Below are positions 19,957 to 27,999 of a stretch of 64,000 bases of DNA, piece by piece; within the stretch, counting starts at the first letter, position 1; the number at the start of each line of letters is the position of its first letter. The stretch spans positions 7,530 to 71,529 of the forward strand of contig JAJDNW010000006.1 in assembly GCA_022340465.1 (NCBI GenBank), in the 5' to 3' direction. The notes under the pieces were generated by a model that saw only the letters and a list, made by a program, of their open reading frames with translations, was not told where the DNA came from and ran no database searches. Made by a program: the position numbers and the translations under genes. The DNA comes from Deltaproteobacteria bacterium (GTDB lineage Bacteria > Desulfobacterota > Desulfobacteria > Desulfobacterales > B30-G6).

Positions 19957-20020
19957 AGCGCCCCTATAGAGGCAGATCGAAAAAATGCCCTGACCGCCGG
20001 CGTCGGAAAATATCTCAAAG

Positions 20021-20223
20021 CTACGCGGTTCTGAACAGCAGCGGGATCAAAATCCTTAATAAGAGAATTATGATCCCGAATGCCGCCGGCATCGAGGTCA
20101 CCAACCATTTTTCGACAAAGCTGTCGATGATTGCCTTTTCCAGATTGTTTTCAGGGTATAATACCGTAGCAAGAGACCGCCTACAACAAGAACTACATAA
20201 GCTGCAAGCCGTACGGTATCCAT
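20021..20223 (-). pseudogene. small two-TM membrane protein, apparently frameshifted at a CCC run
   Basis: ATG at 20223 follows AGGAGGTGAA and gives MDTVRLAAYVVLVVGGLLLRYYT... . The intact frame ends at 20098 (41 aa). Adding one C in TATACCCTG joins it to ...PENNLEKAIIDSFVEKWLVTSMPAAFGIIILLLRILIPLLFRTA, which ends at 20021 (67 aa, 2 TM). Confidence 0.3.
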
Positions 20224-20266
20224 TTCACCTCCTGCGTGTAATCCTTTTATCACTGACAAAGTGGGT

Positions 20267-21652
20267 TTAGTGATCTGGCCACGTTTCACCTACAACGCAG
20301 TTGCGCCCTTTCAGTTTGGCCTTGTAAAGGGCTCTGTCTGCCAGCCGGATAAGCTTGTTTTCCGTCAGCGAGTCACTCGGGATGCCGTTGCCGGCTCCAA
20401 TTGTTACGGTAACGTGGCGCGCCACCGGAGATTTTTGGTGTATTATCCGTAGCCGCTCGATGCCGGTCCGTATTTGCTCAGCCAAATGCAATGCACCATC
20501 GAGTGGCGTATTCGGCAAGGAAAGCACAAACTCGTCACCACCGTATCGTGCGACAATATCGGCGGTTCTGTGGACGGTGGTATCAATCGCTTGGGCTATG
20601 TCGCGGAGGCATTGGTCACCGTGGAGGTGCCCGTATGAATCGTTGTAGCTTTTGAAATAATCAACGTCAAAGATAATCAATGACAGTTCACCTTTTTCAC
20701 GTTTGAGGCGAGCCCATTCTTTATGGAAAATTTCGTCAAAATAGCGACGATTGAAAACCTGAGTTAAACCGTCGATGCGAGACAGCGTTTTGAGTTTTTC
20801 GTTAGCCATGAGAAGTTTCTTCTGTGCCGCTTCACTTGCCGTGATATCATCCAAAATTATTACCTGGGTATTTTGAATGTGATCCGATAAAACGACTCGT
20901 ACATCCAATATACGCTCGCCGATGGATATTTTGAGGGGGTTGTCTTCTCTGTCGCTTTTTGATTTGGGAACATCAAGCAATGATAGAATGTTATTGCCGC
21001 TCTCTTCCTTAAACAGCTGATTCACATGGCGCCCCAGCATTTCCTCGGATGATAGATCAAAAAAATCTAAAGCCATTGGATTGGCGTATATAATACGATG
21101 GTTTTGATCAAACTCGATAATTCCGCTGATTATGCTGTCCAGCATAACACGAAAATGGCGATTGATGATGAGAAGCTCACTGGTAATGTTTCGTGGTGCC
21201 AGGTCGTCCACGCCTAAAACCCTATTGCTTAATACCGGATCCCATAACAGCAGCGGTTCAGCTAATAACTGATTGATCATGGCTTCCATTTTGGAATAGA
21301 CAACCTTAGCGACGCAGATATTGGCTCCGAATTTTTTTGTATTGATCGATTCTTCAGCCGCAATGGCGGAGAGGATTACAATGGGTGTTGTCTTGAACTT
21401 CGTTTTGCGTCTAATAATTTGGCACAAGGCTTTTCCGTCTATGTTGGGCATCACCAGATCAATAAAGAACAGATCCGGTGTGTACGATTCGAGAATGTCA
21501 ATTGCGGCAACGGCATCGTTGGCTGTCACAATGTTCAATCCGTGCTTTTCATGGATTCTAACCAAAAATTTAAGCATAATCGGATCATTATCGACAGCGA
21601 GGACATTTTTAATGGAGATTGTGGCCGCTGAATTAGGTAAAGCTTCTATCAT
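20267..21652 (-). CDS. response regulator-PAS-GGDEF diguanylate cyclase
   Basis: 461 aa. Receiver (FIDLVMPNIDG), PAS (IIEFDQNHRIIYANPMAL), GGDEF (RYGGDEFVL) with an RxxD-like site upstream. Confidence 0.85.
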   Translation of the reverse strand: MIEALPNSAATISIKNVLAVDNDPIMLKFLVRIHEKHGLNIVTANDAVAAIDILESYTPDLFFIDLVMPNIDGKALCQIIRRKTKFKTTPIVILSAIAAEESINTKKFGANICVAKVVYSKMEAMINQLLAEPLLLWDPVLSNRVLGVDDLAPRNITSELLIINRHFRVMLDSIISGIIEFDQNHRIIYANPMALDFFDLSSEEMLGRHVNQLFKEESGNNILSLLDVPKSKSDREDNPLKISIGERILDVRVVLSDHIQNTQVIILDDITASEAAQKKLLMANEKLKTLSRIDGLTQVFNRRYFDEIFHKEWARLKREKGELSLIIFDVDYFKSYNDSYGHLHGDQCLRDIAQAIDTTVHRTADIVARYGGDEFVLSLPNTPLDGALHLAEQIRTGIERLRIIHQKSPVARHVTVTIGAGNGIPSDSLTENKLIRLADRALYKAKLKGRNCVVGETWPDH

Positions 21653-21709
21653 TTTGCAAAATCCTCGTTGGTCTTGATCGTTACACCCTGCCGGAGGCGG
21701 GCGGCTAGC

Positions 21710-21748
21710 GCATTTGCCATATATATGTTCCGTTTCAAAATTGGATTG
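21710..21748. repeat. 39-bp intergenic repeat, copy 2
   Basis: 38 of 39 identical to 1274-1312. Lies between the GGDEF gene start (21652) and the PilZ gene stop (21819). Confidence 0.8.
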
Positions 21749-21818
21749 GAAGGTGGAGGGTTTATAGACCTAAGCAGATACGATTGCGTTTCATTGCTTA
21801 CCCCGAGAGGGCTTGAAT

Positions 21819-22181
21819 TTAATCGCATCCTGCAGGCAGCGTGTCTTTATACATCTCGAAGCAAAGGCAGATTGCATCCCTTTCATGGTCCTTCAATGCG
21901 ATGAATCGGCAGCCAATACCCCGCTTTGTCTGGCTGACGATTTTGGCTTTGAATTTTATCGCGCTCCTTTCGGTCGGAAGCTTCGTGTTGACGACAATGG
22001 TTTGACCGAGTTTTAGCTTCCCCGGAATTTCCGCCTCGATAAAAATGCCGCCCAAGCTGATATCCGTAATTTTCTGAACGCCCGTCAGGCCGAGTACGCT
22101 TGCGGTGCAATGAAGTTCGAGCCGTGGGTGCTCTCTTCTCTCAACGCTAACTTTTTTCTGCTCGCTTCTAATATCAGCCAT
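21819..22181 (-). CDS. PilZ domain protein (c-di-GMP receptor)
   Basis: 120 aa. RREHPR ... DISLGGIF (RxxxR and D/NxSxxG PilZ motifs). Confidence 0.75.
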   Translation of the reverse strand: MADIRSEQKKVSVERREHPRLELHCTASVLGLTGVQKITDISLGGIFIEAEIPGKLKLGQTIVVNTKLPTERSAIKFKAKIVSQTKRGIGCRFIALKDHERDAICLCFEMYKDTLPAGCD

Positions 22182-22316
22182 GCCCTTACGGTACTCCTTG
22201 CATATTTTGCGTCTTATGGATGACCACCGTACGTCAGCATATACCTACATGGCAAATGTTGGTAATGGTGTCAAGAATGGATCGCCTAAACCTCAACTAT
22301 GGGGTAAACGGGCGCA

Positions 22317-22943
22317 TTACGTTGCAAGGGGCCACTGGAGATTCATGGCTTCGAGGTGCCAGCCTGAAGACCGAACGGCAATGATGTTCAATGCCGCCAC
22401 ATCCTGCTTCAACCGGAAAAGATTATGTAAGGGCATGCCCAGAAGGTGGCACAACAATACCCTGTTTGTACCGGCATGGCCCACGATTAGCATGTCGTTC
22501 GCGGGCGGTTGCATGAGCTCCTGGAACCGAAAAACGACTCGCTTCTGAAGATCGAGAAAGGACTCACCGCCCGGCGGCCGGAAATGTGCCATATCTTCAC
22601 CACGGCGTTTGTATGCTTCCGGAAAGCTTTTTCTAACATAGTCGAATTCGAGTCCTTCCCAATCACCCAGGTCAATCTCTTTCAGGTCGGGAAACATCAC
22701 CGGCCGAACGCCGTTTCGCCGGCCGATGATGGCGGCGGTGTCCGCGGACCGCTTCAGGCCGCTGCAGGCGATTCGCTTTAACGGGACAGAGGAAAACCAT
22801 TCGGCCCACCGCTCCGCCTGCCGGATGCCCTTCGCACTCAATGCCGCGTCGGTTTGACCGATGTAGCGCCCGGCGGATGTCTCGGGTGTGTGCCCGTGGC
22901 GCAGCAGGAAGACGGTGACATTTTCAAGTCGAATTCCGTTCAT
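22317..22943 (-). CDS. histidine phosphatase family protein (CobC/PGM-like)
   Basis: 208 aa. VFLLRHGHT (RHG catalytic motif), SGLKRSADTA, GHAGTNRVLL. Confidence 0.8.
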   Translation of the reverse strand: MNGIRLENVTVFLLRHGHTPETSAGRYIGQTDAALSAKGIRQAERWAEWFSSVPLKRIACSGLKRSADTAAIIGRRNGVRPVMFPDLKEIDLGDWEGLEFDYVRKSFPEAYKRRGEDMAHFRPPGGESFLDLQKRVVFRFQELMQPPANDMLIVGHAGTNRVLLCHLLGMPLHNLFRLKQDVAALNIIAVRSSGWHLEAMNLQWPLAT

Positions 22944-22950
22944 GTGACGC

Positions 22951-24087
22951 TCAGGTCGTGATGCCTGCCTTCAGGATGATTTCCATAACTGGCCGGTGAA
23001 CAATCGTTTCTACGCACCGGTCGAACCATAATGCCGCCCGCTTTCGTTTTTGGATTTTTTCCCGGATGTCGGTCCGGTCGCCGTACCGCGCAAGGGCGGC
23101 CTCGAACCTGTTTTCCATGGGAATCACCCGGGTGCCCGACACATACTTATCCGCCAGGTAGAGGATTTCCGCTTCGCCGATCCGGCCGTCTTTCCTGACA
23201 GCGATATCGGTGTGTGAGGCGATGACATCCCCTGTGCGGTCAAATCCCAATGCGGCAAGCCACCTGGCGCCGACCTCGGCGTGGCGGGGGCGGCCTTTGG
23301 CGATGTCGTGGAGCATGGCCGCCGCATGCACCAACCCGACATCGACCCCGCTACCGGCCCTTACGAACGCCGATGCGACGGCGCCGGCTACCTGCGCCAC
23401 CTTGCGGCAGTGGCCGAAGACTTCCTCCGAAACCGGATGGAATTCCCGCAGGATCACGTTGCACTCGACCGCACTCGGCACCTCCATGTGCTCCCAGCGC
23501 CTCAGGGCCTCTTCATATTCGTCCGGCGTATCGATGTCGAACAGGATGTTGGCATCCGGCACGGCCACGTCGATGGCGAGAGCCCCGTTTTCGGCGAGGC
23601 AGGCTTTCAATCCCCCGCCACCCTGCCATTCGAGAATATCCGGTACGGTCGAAACGGGAATGAGCGGCGGATGGCCGCGTTTAGCCTGGAAGGTCGGGTA
23701 GATTATATGGTCCGGTGCGTCCGCAAAGCGGCGGATCAGTTCACGCAGGGTCCGGGGGCGCACCAGCGGAATGTCGACCGGAAGGACCAGGACCCCGGCA
23801 CACGGCGAGCCGAGTCCGGTCAGACCGGTTTTCACCGAGGAAAACATGCCTGCCAGGTAGTGCCGGTTTTCCACGGTTTCAACCCCTGCCGCCTGCAGCA
23901 GCGGGGCCAGTTTTTCCCGATTGTGACCGGTTACGAAGCGAATGCTGTCGATGCCGCACTGCCGGAGAAGACGGATAATGCATTGGGCCGCCGGCAGGTC
24001 GCCCAGCGGCAGCAACGCCTTCTGCCTGCCTATGCGCGAAGACAGGCCTGCCGCCAGTACGACGGCGGTTAGCTTAAACGATGTCAT
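22951..24087 (-). CDS. MobA/MocA-like nucleotidyltransferase fused to an HD domain
   Basis: 378 aa. AVVLAAGLSSRIGRQKALLPL (NTP-transferase P-loop-like motif). C-terminal half has AAMLHDIAKG and a second His-Asp region. Confidence 0.7.
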   Translation of the reverse strand: MTSFKLTAVVLAAGLSSRIGRQKALLPLGDLPAAQCIIRLLRQCGIDSIRFVTGHNREKLAPLLQAAGVETVENRHYLAGMFSSVKTGLTGLGSPCAGVLVLPVDIPLVRPRTLRELIRRFADAPDHIIYPTFQAKRGHPPLIPVSTVPDILEWQGGGGLKACLAENGALAIDVAVPDANILFDIDTPDEYEEALRRWEHMEVPSAVECNVILREFHPVSEEVFGHCRKVAQVAGAVASAFVRAGSGVDVGLVHAAAMLHDIAKGRPRHAEVGARWLAALGFDRTGDVIASHTDIAVRKDGRIGEAEILYLADKYVSGTRVIPMENRFEAALARYGDRTDIREKIQKRKRAALWFDRCVETIVHRPVMEIILKAGITT

Positions 24088-24105
24088 CGGGTCCTTTCGC
24101 CGGCT

Positions 24106-25452
24106 TCAGCCGATGCCGTACTTTTTCATCTTGCGCCACAGGGTGGACTTGTCGATGTCCAGAAATGCGGCGGTTTTTCCGCGGTGCCCCTGGTGGCGTT
24201 TCAAGGCCGCCACGATGGCTTCCTTCTCCGCCTGGTGCAGGCGCAGCGCCGCGGGTGGTGTTTCGCTTTCACCCCGGGCCGCAACTGTTTTCTGCCATTC
24301 GATCTGCCTGATATCGGGGGCGAGATGGTCTGCTTCGATCGTGTCGCCCCGGCACAGCACGAAGGCGTATTCGATGATGTTCTCCAGTTCGCGGATGTTT
24401 CCCGGAAAAGGGTAGCGCATCAGGATTTTCAAGGCTTCGTTCGATATCCCCCTTATGTTTTTGGCTTTAAGCGCATTGAATTTTCGGATGAAGTTGCGGA
24501 CCAGGAGGGGGATGTCCTCCCGGCGGTCTGCAAGGGGAGGGAGCTCGAGCCGGATGACATTGAGACGGTAGAACAGATCTTCCCGGAAGGTTCCCCGCGC
24601 CATGAGTGTCGAGAGGGTCCGGTTGGTCGAGGCGATAATGCGGGCATCGGTCTTTTGGGTGGCGGTGGCCCCCAGCGGTTCGTACTCCTTTTCCTGCAGC
24701 ACCCGCAGCAGTTTTACCTGCAGGGCGGTGGAAATGTCGCCGATTTCATCCAGAAAAAGGGTGCCCCCGGCCGCCCGGGCAAAGCGGCCGGGCTTGTCTT
24801 TTTTTGCTTCGCTGAAAGCACCTTTGCGGTAGCCGAAGAGTTCCGACTCGAGCAGCGTGTCCGGAAGTGCCGCGCAGTTGACGGCCACGAACTCGCCAGC
24901 CTGGCCGCTGACATTGTGAATTGCCCTGGCAAACAGTTCCTTGCCGGACCCGCTGGGCCCCTCGATGAGGATGGTGCTTCCACTGACTGCGATGTCCGGC
25001 AGGATGTCGAAAATCTGCTGCATCTCATAGTTTTTACTGACGATATCCTCGAAACGATATTGGTTGTCTATCTTCTTTCGCAGGGTTTCCACGGTGGTCA
25101 GATCCCTGAAAATTTCAACCCCGCCGATGGTGTGCTCCCTGTCGTCCACGAGCACCGAGGTGCTCACGCTGGCGTCGATGCGTTCCCCCTCGCTGTTCAG
25201 AATATTGACCGATATGTTGATGCCCTGTTTTCCCGATGCCATGGTTTGTCCCAGCGCGCAGGATGTCTGGCATATATTGGCCCGGAATACATCGAAACAC
25301 TTTTTCCCCAGCGCCTGTTTTTTGGACACGCCGGTGATGATTTCCGCGGCGCGGTTGAAATAGGTGATGTTGAAATCGAGATCGATGGTGAACACGCCGT
25401 CGGCAATGGAGTCCAAAATCGTTTCGTAGTGGGCTTTGGTGTCTGTTTTCAT
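24106..25452 (-). CDS. sigma-54-dependent transcriptional activator (PAS-AAA+-Fis HTH)
   Basis: Real start MKTDTKAHYETILDSIADGVFTID (ATG at 25452). PAS, GPSGSGKE Walker A, ESELFGYRKGAFSEA (GAFTGA variant), DEIGD, C-terminal HTH. The 892-aa ORF-track version adds 444 low-complexity residues that cross the intergenic promoter region. Confidence 0.85.
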   Translation of the reverse strand: MKTDTKAHYETILDSIADGVFTIDLDFNITYFNRAAEIITGVSKKQALGKKCFDVFRANICQTSCALGQTMASGKQGINISVNILNSEGERIDASVSTSVLVDDREHTIGGVEIFRDLTTVETLRKKIDNQYRFEDIVSKNYEMQQIFDILPDIAVSGSTILIEGPSGSGKELFARAIHNVSGQAGEFVAVNCAALPDTLLESELFGYRKGAFSEAKKDKPGRFARAAGGTLFLDEIGDISTALQVKLLRVLQEKEYEPLGATATQKTDARIIASTNRTLSTLMARGTFREDLFYRLNVIRLELPPLADRREDIPLLVRNFIRKFNALKAKNIRGISNEALKILMRYPFPGNIRELENIIEYAFVLCRGDTIEADHLAPDIRQIEWQKTVAARGESETPPAALRLHQAEKEAIVAALKRHQGHRGKTAAFLDIDKSTLWRKMKKYGIG

Positions 25453-25545
25453 TCTTATACCTAACTCGAGCGATTTGCGGGTTTGCCGCAGATGCAAGGA
25501 AAAGGTCATTTCGCTGTATTTGAAACGCTCAATGTAAATCACAAT

Positions 25546-25603
25546 ATATTGCAATACTGCAAATAATTGCAACAATAAAATTGCAATAATGCAATTAATT
25601 GCG
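25546..25603. promoter_or_regulatory. array of TGCAA half-sites including two perfect ATTGCAAT palindromes (putative enhancer/UAS)
   Basis: ATTGCAAT at 25548-25555 and 25580-25587 (32 bp apart). More TGCAA at 25558, 25568, 25590. Sits ~100-130 bp upstream of the sigma-54 promoter. A third ATTGCAAT lies at 25732-25739. Confidence 0.55.
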
Positions 25604-25680
25604 CCCGCCTCTGTGCCGTCAATTTTTATATCTAACTGAAATAAAATTAAAAAATAAAATATCGTTGATGTTCCCATTAC

Positions 25681-25696
25681 TGGCACGGAAGATGCT
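25681..25696 (+). promoter_or_regulatory. sigma-54 (-24/-12) promoter
   Basis: TGGCACGGAAGATGCT. GG and GC are exactly 12 nt apart, a good match to TGGCACG-N4-TTGCW. 54 nt before the ATG at 25750. Confidence 0.7.
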
Positions 25697-25749
25697 GTTC
25701 TTAATGGCTGCATGACGGCAATTGGGTATCGATTGCAATGAGGGGCAAC

Positions 25750-26349
25750 ATGAAGCTGGCCATTCCGGTTTTTCATACAAAAATTTCCCCCAGGTTCGAC
25801 GAGACGCAGGGATTTGTTCTTCTGGAGACAGAGGGCGGCAACGTCGTTTCCAGAGAGGAGCTGTCGACGAGGGGATGGTCGGAAATCGAAAAGATAAAGC
25901 AATTGCTGAATCTCGGTGTCGAGACGCTGATTTGTGGCGGCATCGACCGCTCTTCTTTGCAGTATTTGAGTTTCAATGGCGTTCATGTCTTTTCCTGGGT
26001 GACGGGTGAGATCGAAGATGCCGTAACCTGTTTCCTGGACGACCGCATGAAGCCCGGCATCATTTTGGGAGCGCAGGGCAAGATGACGGGGCGGTGGCAG
26101 TTTTGCAAGGGTAGGAATCACGTGTGCAACATGTTTCAGACCGGTTTTTACCATGCTGTTGAGGAGGTGAAGACGATGCCGAAAGGCGATGGAACAGGAC
26201 CGCGCAGCCAGGGACCCCAGTCCGGAAGAGGTCGCGGCGGATGCAAGGGCGGTAAAGGCGGCCGCGGCCAGGGTAGAGGGCAGGGACGCGGGCAGGGCGC
26301 TGACACGGGCCAAGGGCCCAAGTCCGGAGGAGAGAAGGGAAGACGGTAA
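25750..26349 (+). CDS. NifX/NifB-like (MTH1175-like) domain fused in frame to a DUF5320-like Gly/Arg-rich tail
   Basis: N-terminal KLAIPV...ISPRFDETQGFVL...ICGGID resembles dinitrogenase FeMo-cofactor-biosynthesis-like domains. From 26176, MPKGDGTGPRSQGPQSGRGRGGCKGG... matches the MPxGDGTGPxGxGPxTGRG start of DUF5320 proteins. GAGGAGGTG lies 6 nt before that internal ATG. Confidence 0.75.
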   Translation: MKLAIPVFHTKISPRFDETQGFVLLETEGGNVVSREELSTRGWSEIEKIKQLLNLGVETLICGGIDRSSLQYLSFNGVHVFSWVTGEIEDAVTCFLDDRMKPGIILGAQGKMTGRWQFCKGRNHVCNMFQTGFYHAVEEVKTMPKGDGTGPRSQGPQSGRGRGGCKGGKGGRGQGRGQGRGQGADTGQGPKSGGEKGRR

Positions 26350-26560
26350 GCACGTGTTGGAATAAAGCGCCCGCATCGGGCTGGCCGGAGAGATTGGCTC
26401 GCGGCGAGCCGGGATGGTGCGCGAGGAAAAACAGACGAATGCCTGACGGGGGTGTGTAGCGCACCGTGAGGCGGAACATCCCCTGCGGCTTGCCGTAGCA
26501 AAGTGCAGGTCACGACCCTCGGGGCGTGCCTGCCGGAGGGGATCGAAATGGGATGCAGAG

Positions 26561-26941
26561 ATGATGCGAACAATCGTTGCCGGCACGGCGTTGGCTGCCG
26601 CGTCGGCCTTCATAGAAACAATTAAAGCAAACAGCGTCAGGGTGCTGAGCCTGGACACTGCCGGGGAAGCGATTGCAGCGCTGTCAGCAGGGGGGTTCGA
26701 CCTGCTGGTGGCGGCGGAAGATTTGGGGGACATGTCGGGGCTCGAACTGATCGAAGCCGTGGTCAAATCGAGCCCCATGCTCAACTGCGCCGTGGTGAGC
26801 TCGCTTTCGCCCGAAGACTATCATGAGGCCAGCGAGGGGTTGGGGATATTGATGCAGCTGCCCCCCGACCCCGGACCGGAGGAAGCCGTGGCACTGGTCA
26901 ACCATCTGAAAAAGATTCGATCGTTCGGGGTGGGGCCATGA
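26561..26941 (+). CDS. receiver-like (CheY-fold) protein, degenerate
   Basis: 126 aa. DLLVAAEDLGDMSGLELIE resembles the phospho-acceptor region, but the N-terminal acidic pair is absent. Stop overlaps the next start (ATGA). Confidence 0.5.
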   Translation: MMRTIVAGTALAAASAFIETIKANSVRVLSLDTAGEAIAALSAGGFDLLVAAEDLGDMSGLELIEAVVKSSPMLNCAVVSSLSPEDYHEASEGLGILMQLPPDPGPEEAVALVNHLKKIRSFGVGP

Positions 26942-27786
26942 TTATCAGCGTAGCAAGCGGTAAAGGCGGAACCGGCAAAACGACCGTGGCCACCAATCTT
27001 GCGGTTGCCATCGGCGAGGGCGTGCAGCTTATGGATTGCGACGTCGAAGAGCCCAATGCCCACTTGTTCGTTGCGCCGTCCATGGACCGATCGCGAACCG
27101 TTTTTACCATGGTGCCCGAAATCGACGAGCAAAAATGCACTCTGTGCCGCAAGTGTGTGGAGATCTGCCGTTTCAAGGTGATCGCCATTGCCGGCAAAAC
27201 CATCCTGACGTTCCCGGAGCTTTGCCACAGCTGCGGCGGCTGTACGGCCGTGTGCCCCGAGGGGGCCGTTGCCGAGGGCCGACGTGAACTCGGGGAACTG
27301 GAGCAGGGATCGTTCCGGGCCGGGTATTTCGCCCACGGTCGCCTGCGGGTCGGTGAGGCCATGTCGCCCCCGCTGATCAGGGAAGTCAGATCACAGGCCA
27401 GACCGGACATGGTCAATATCATCGATGCCCCTCCCGGGACCTCCTGTCCGGTGATAGCGGCCATGAAGGATACGGATTTTGTGGTCATGGTCACGGAGCC
27501 AACCCCTTTCGGCCTCCACGATTTAAAACTGGCTGTCGAAGCGGTGAAACTGTTGAAGATACCCCACGGCCTGGTGATTAACCGCTCCGATATGGGCAAT
27601 GACATGGTGAGGGCGTATGCGCAGGCGGAAAATCTTCCGATTCTGATGGAGATACCCTTTGATAGAAAGATCGCGGAGGCTTATTCCAGGGGCATCCTGA
27701 TGGTGGATGCTCTGCCGGAGTGGCGGGAAAAGTTTAAAGGGCTGTTTGAGAGCATCACTTTTTATAGTTCTGTTGAGAAGACATGA
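26938..27786 (+). CDS. MinD/ParA-type P-loop ATPase with inserted 2x[4Fe-4S] ferredoxin domain
   Basis: 282 aa. Deviant Walker A SGKGGTGKTT, then CTLCRKCVEICRF and CHSCGGCTAVCP, then IIDAPPGTSCPV. Confidence 0.85.
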   Translation: MIISVASGKGGTGKTTVATNLAVAIGEGVQLMDCDVEEPNAHLFVAPSMDRSRTVFTMVPEIDEQKCTLCRKCVEICRFKVIAIAGKTILTFPELCHSCGGCTAVCPEGAVAEGRRELGELEQGSFRAGYFAHGRLRVGEAMSPPLIREVRSQARPDMVNIIDAPPGTSCPVIAAMKDTDFVVMVTEPTPFGLHDLKLAVEAVKLLKIPHGLVINRSDMGNDMVRAYAQAENLPILMEIPFDRKIAEAYSRGILMVDALPEWREKFKGLFESITFYSSVEKT

Positions 27787-27932
27787 TACCACACATTGAA
27801 AATGTTAACCGGCTTAACTTACTGACGCTGAACGTTGTCAAAACACCTTTCCATTGGATATCCGCATTGATGAATACAAAGAAAGAAAAAATTCTTGCTT
27901 TAACTCCCTTCATCTTCCACCGGCGGCTGTTA

Positions 27933-27948
27933 TGGAAACTTTGTTGCT
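27933..27948 (+). promoter_or_regulatory. candidate internal sigma-54 promoter
   Basis: TGGAAACTTTGTTGCT. GG/GC spacing is correct (12 nt), the -12 TTGCT is perfect, and the -24 keeps only TGG. TATGGAAAC is duplicated 20 nt downstream. Lies in an AT-rich 213-nt spacer, 52 nt before the ATG at 28000. Confidence 0.35.
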
Positions 27949-27999
27949 ATATGGAAACCTCACCGGCTGAGCCGGTGGCTTGTGAAGGGAGTTAAGCGC

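Noticed and set aside
25546-25603. Short tandem TGCAA/ATTGCAAT repeats considered as a CRISPR or tandem-repeat locus
   Set aside because: The units are only 5-8 bp with irregular 8-14 bp spacing in a divergent promoter region. This fits transcription-factor sites, not CRISPR repeats and spacers.
26350-26560. 210-nt GC-rich gap between the DUF5320 tail and the receiver-like gene, with several short hairpins and a 7-bp GGTGCGC/GCGCACC pair
   Set aside because: I found no extension of the downstream ORF (a stop at 26444 in its frame), no promoter-like element, and only short stems that are expected by chance in GC-rich DNA. Not enough to call an RNA element.
24106-26784. 892-aa ORF in the track that extends the sigma-54 activator 444 residues upstream
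   Set aside because: The extra N-terminal part is Ala/Ser/Pro/Arg-rich low complexity. It runs antisense through the NifX-like/DUF5320 gene and across the AT-rich promoter/UAS region. A proper PAS-domain N-terminus starts at the ATG at 25452.
27783-27995. 70-aa ORF in the spacer between the two ATPase paralogs
   Set aside because: No SD and atypical composition (Leu/Asn/Lys/His-rich in AT-rich DNA), with no recognisable fold pattern. It is better explained as regulatory spacer.
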